Virus record (IMG/VR): IMGVR_UViG_3300045988_063953
Strand: one strand, 5' to 3'
Length of the DNA: 64,000 nucleotides
Source of the DNA: a virus
A program made the translations under genes and the position numbers. This document shows, piece after piece, positions 63,726 through 64,000 of this stretch. The number at the start of each line of letters is the position of its first letter. Position 1 is the stretch's first letter. The notes under the pieces were generated by a model. That model ran no database searches and was not told the DNA's origin. It worked only from the letters and a program-made list of their open reading frames with translations.

Positions 63726-63923
63726 ATGAATAGAAAAAGACCTATTATATGGATAGTAACATCATTAATAGATGTACAAGATATAACAGATTGTCTTTGT
63801 ATGGGTTTAACACCTACAATGGAAACAAAAGGAGTAGTATGTTCTAAATCAAAAGTACAAGAAGTAGTAGAAGAACTACAAAGTAGAGAACAAGAAATGT
63901 TTGTAATACTATATGTAGTGTAA
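63726..63923 (+). CDS. hypothetical small protein
   Basis: 65-aa ORF preceded by a conserved AT-rich leader that recurs before the ATG at 63998. Confidence 0.45.
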   Translation: MNRKRPIIWIVTSLIDVQDITDCLCMGLTPTMETKGVVCSKSKVQEVVEELQSREQEMFVILYVV

Positions 63924-64000
63924 GTATTATGAACAGTAGTATAAGTTTTTTTTGTAAATGTTCAACATAATTATTAATAACTAAACAAGTAACAACTATG

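Overview
AT-rich window (I estimate about 30% G+C by eye, not computed). It reads as a contiguous piece of a crAss-like (Crassvirales) podophage genome from a Bacteroidota host. The layout has three parts. (i) 1-2215, plus strand: the tail of a nucleotide-metabolism/replication-side module (DUF932-like protein, dUTPase, small CxxC redoxin), ending in two intrinsic terminators. (ii) 2587-60759, minus strand: a tightly packed 58-kb block. Read in transcription order (right to left) it holds small early/middle-type ORFs, a PD-(D/E)XK nuclease, an endolysin-like gene with two small membrane proteins, large terminase, portal, a scaffold-like acidic protein, major capsid protein, head accessory proteins and tail/receptor-binding proteins (a 1870-aa LamG/LRR/Big_2 mosaic and a 1412-aa protein). 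It ends with putative ejected cargo proteins, a 2371-aa HExxH protein, a 4477-aa ORF carrying the crAss-type RNA polymerase DFDID motif, and a small HExxH protein. (iii) 60760-62368 is a 1.6-kb ORF-free divergent control region, followed from 62369 by plus-strand small ORFs with repeated upstream elements. All large ORFs are open in the standard code, and I found no tRNA, rRNA, CRISPR array, integrase or transposase. Product calls rest on motifs I can read plus remembered crAss-like synteny, because no searches could be run. The most unusual signal is a dispersed ~20-nt GC-rich motif (CTCCCCCGTAAA(A)GnAATGT) in 16 copies on both strands. Copies lie in spacers, in a promoter-proximal leader, directly after stop codons, and inside the giant ORFs in several reading frames. 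Three intergenic copies form hairpins whose single imperfection is a G-U wobble only on the minus-strand (mRNA-sense) RNA. In the left 20 kb the copies alternate orientation every 3.1-3.8 kb. I do not recognise this as a described element. Other observations: Bacteroides-type TTTG-N19/20-TATATTTG promoters placed right after strong terminators, a perfect 16-bp palindrome, iteron-like TGAAAG repeats, CA-rich boxes shared by four noncoding loci, and a repeated CTAAACAAAACAAA element ahead of plus-strand ORFs.
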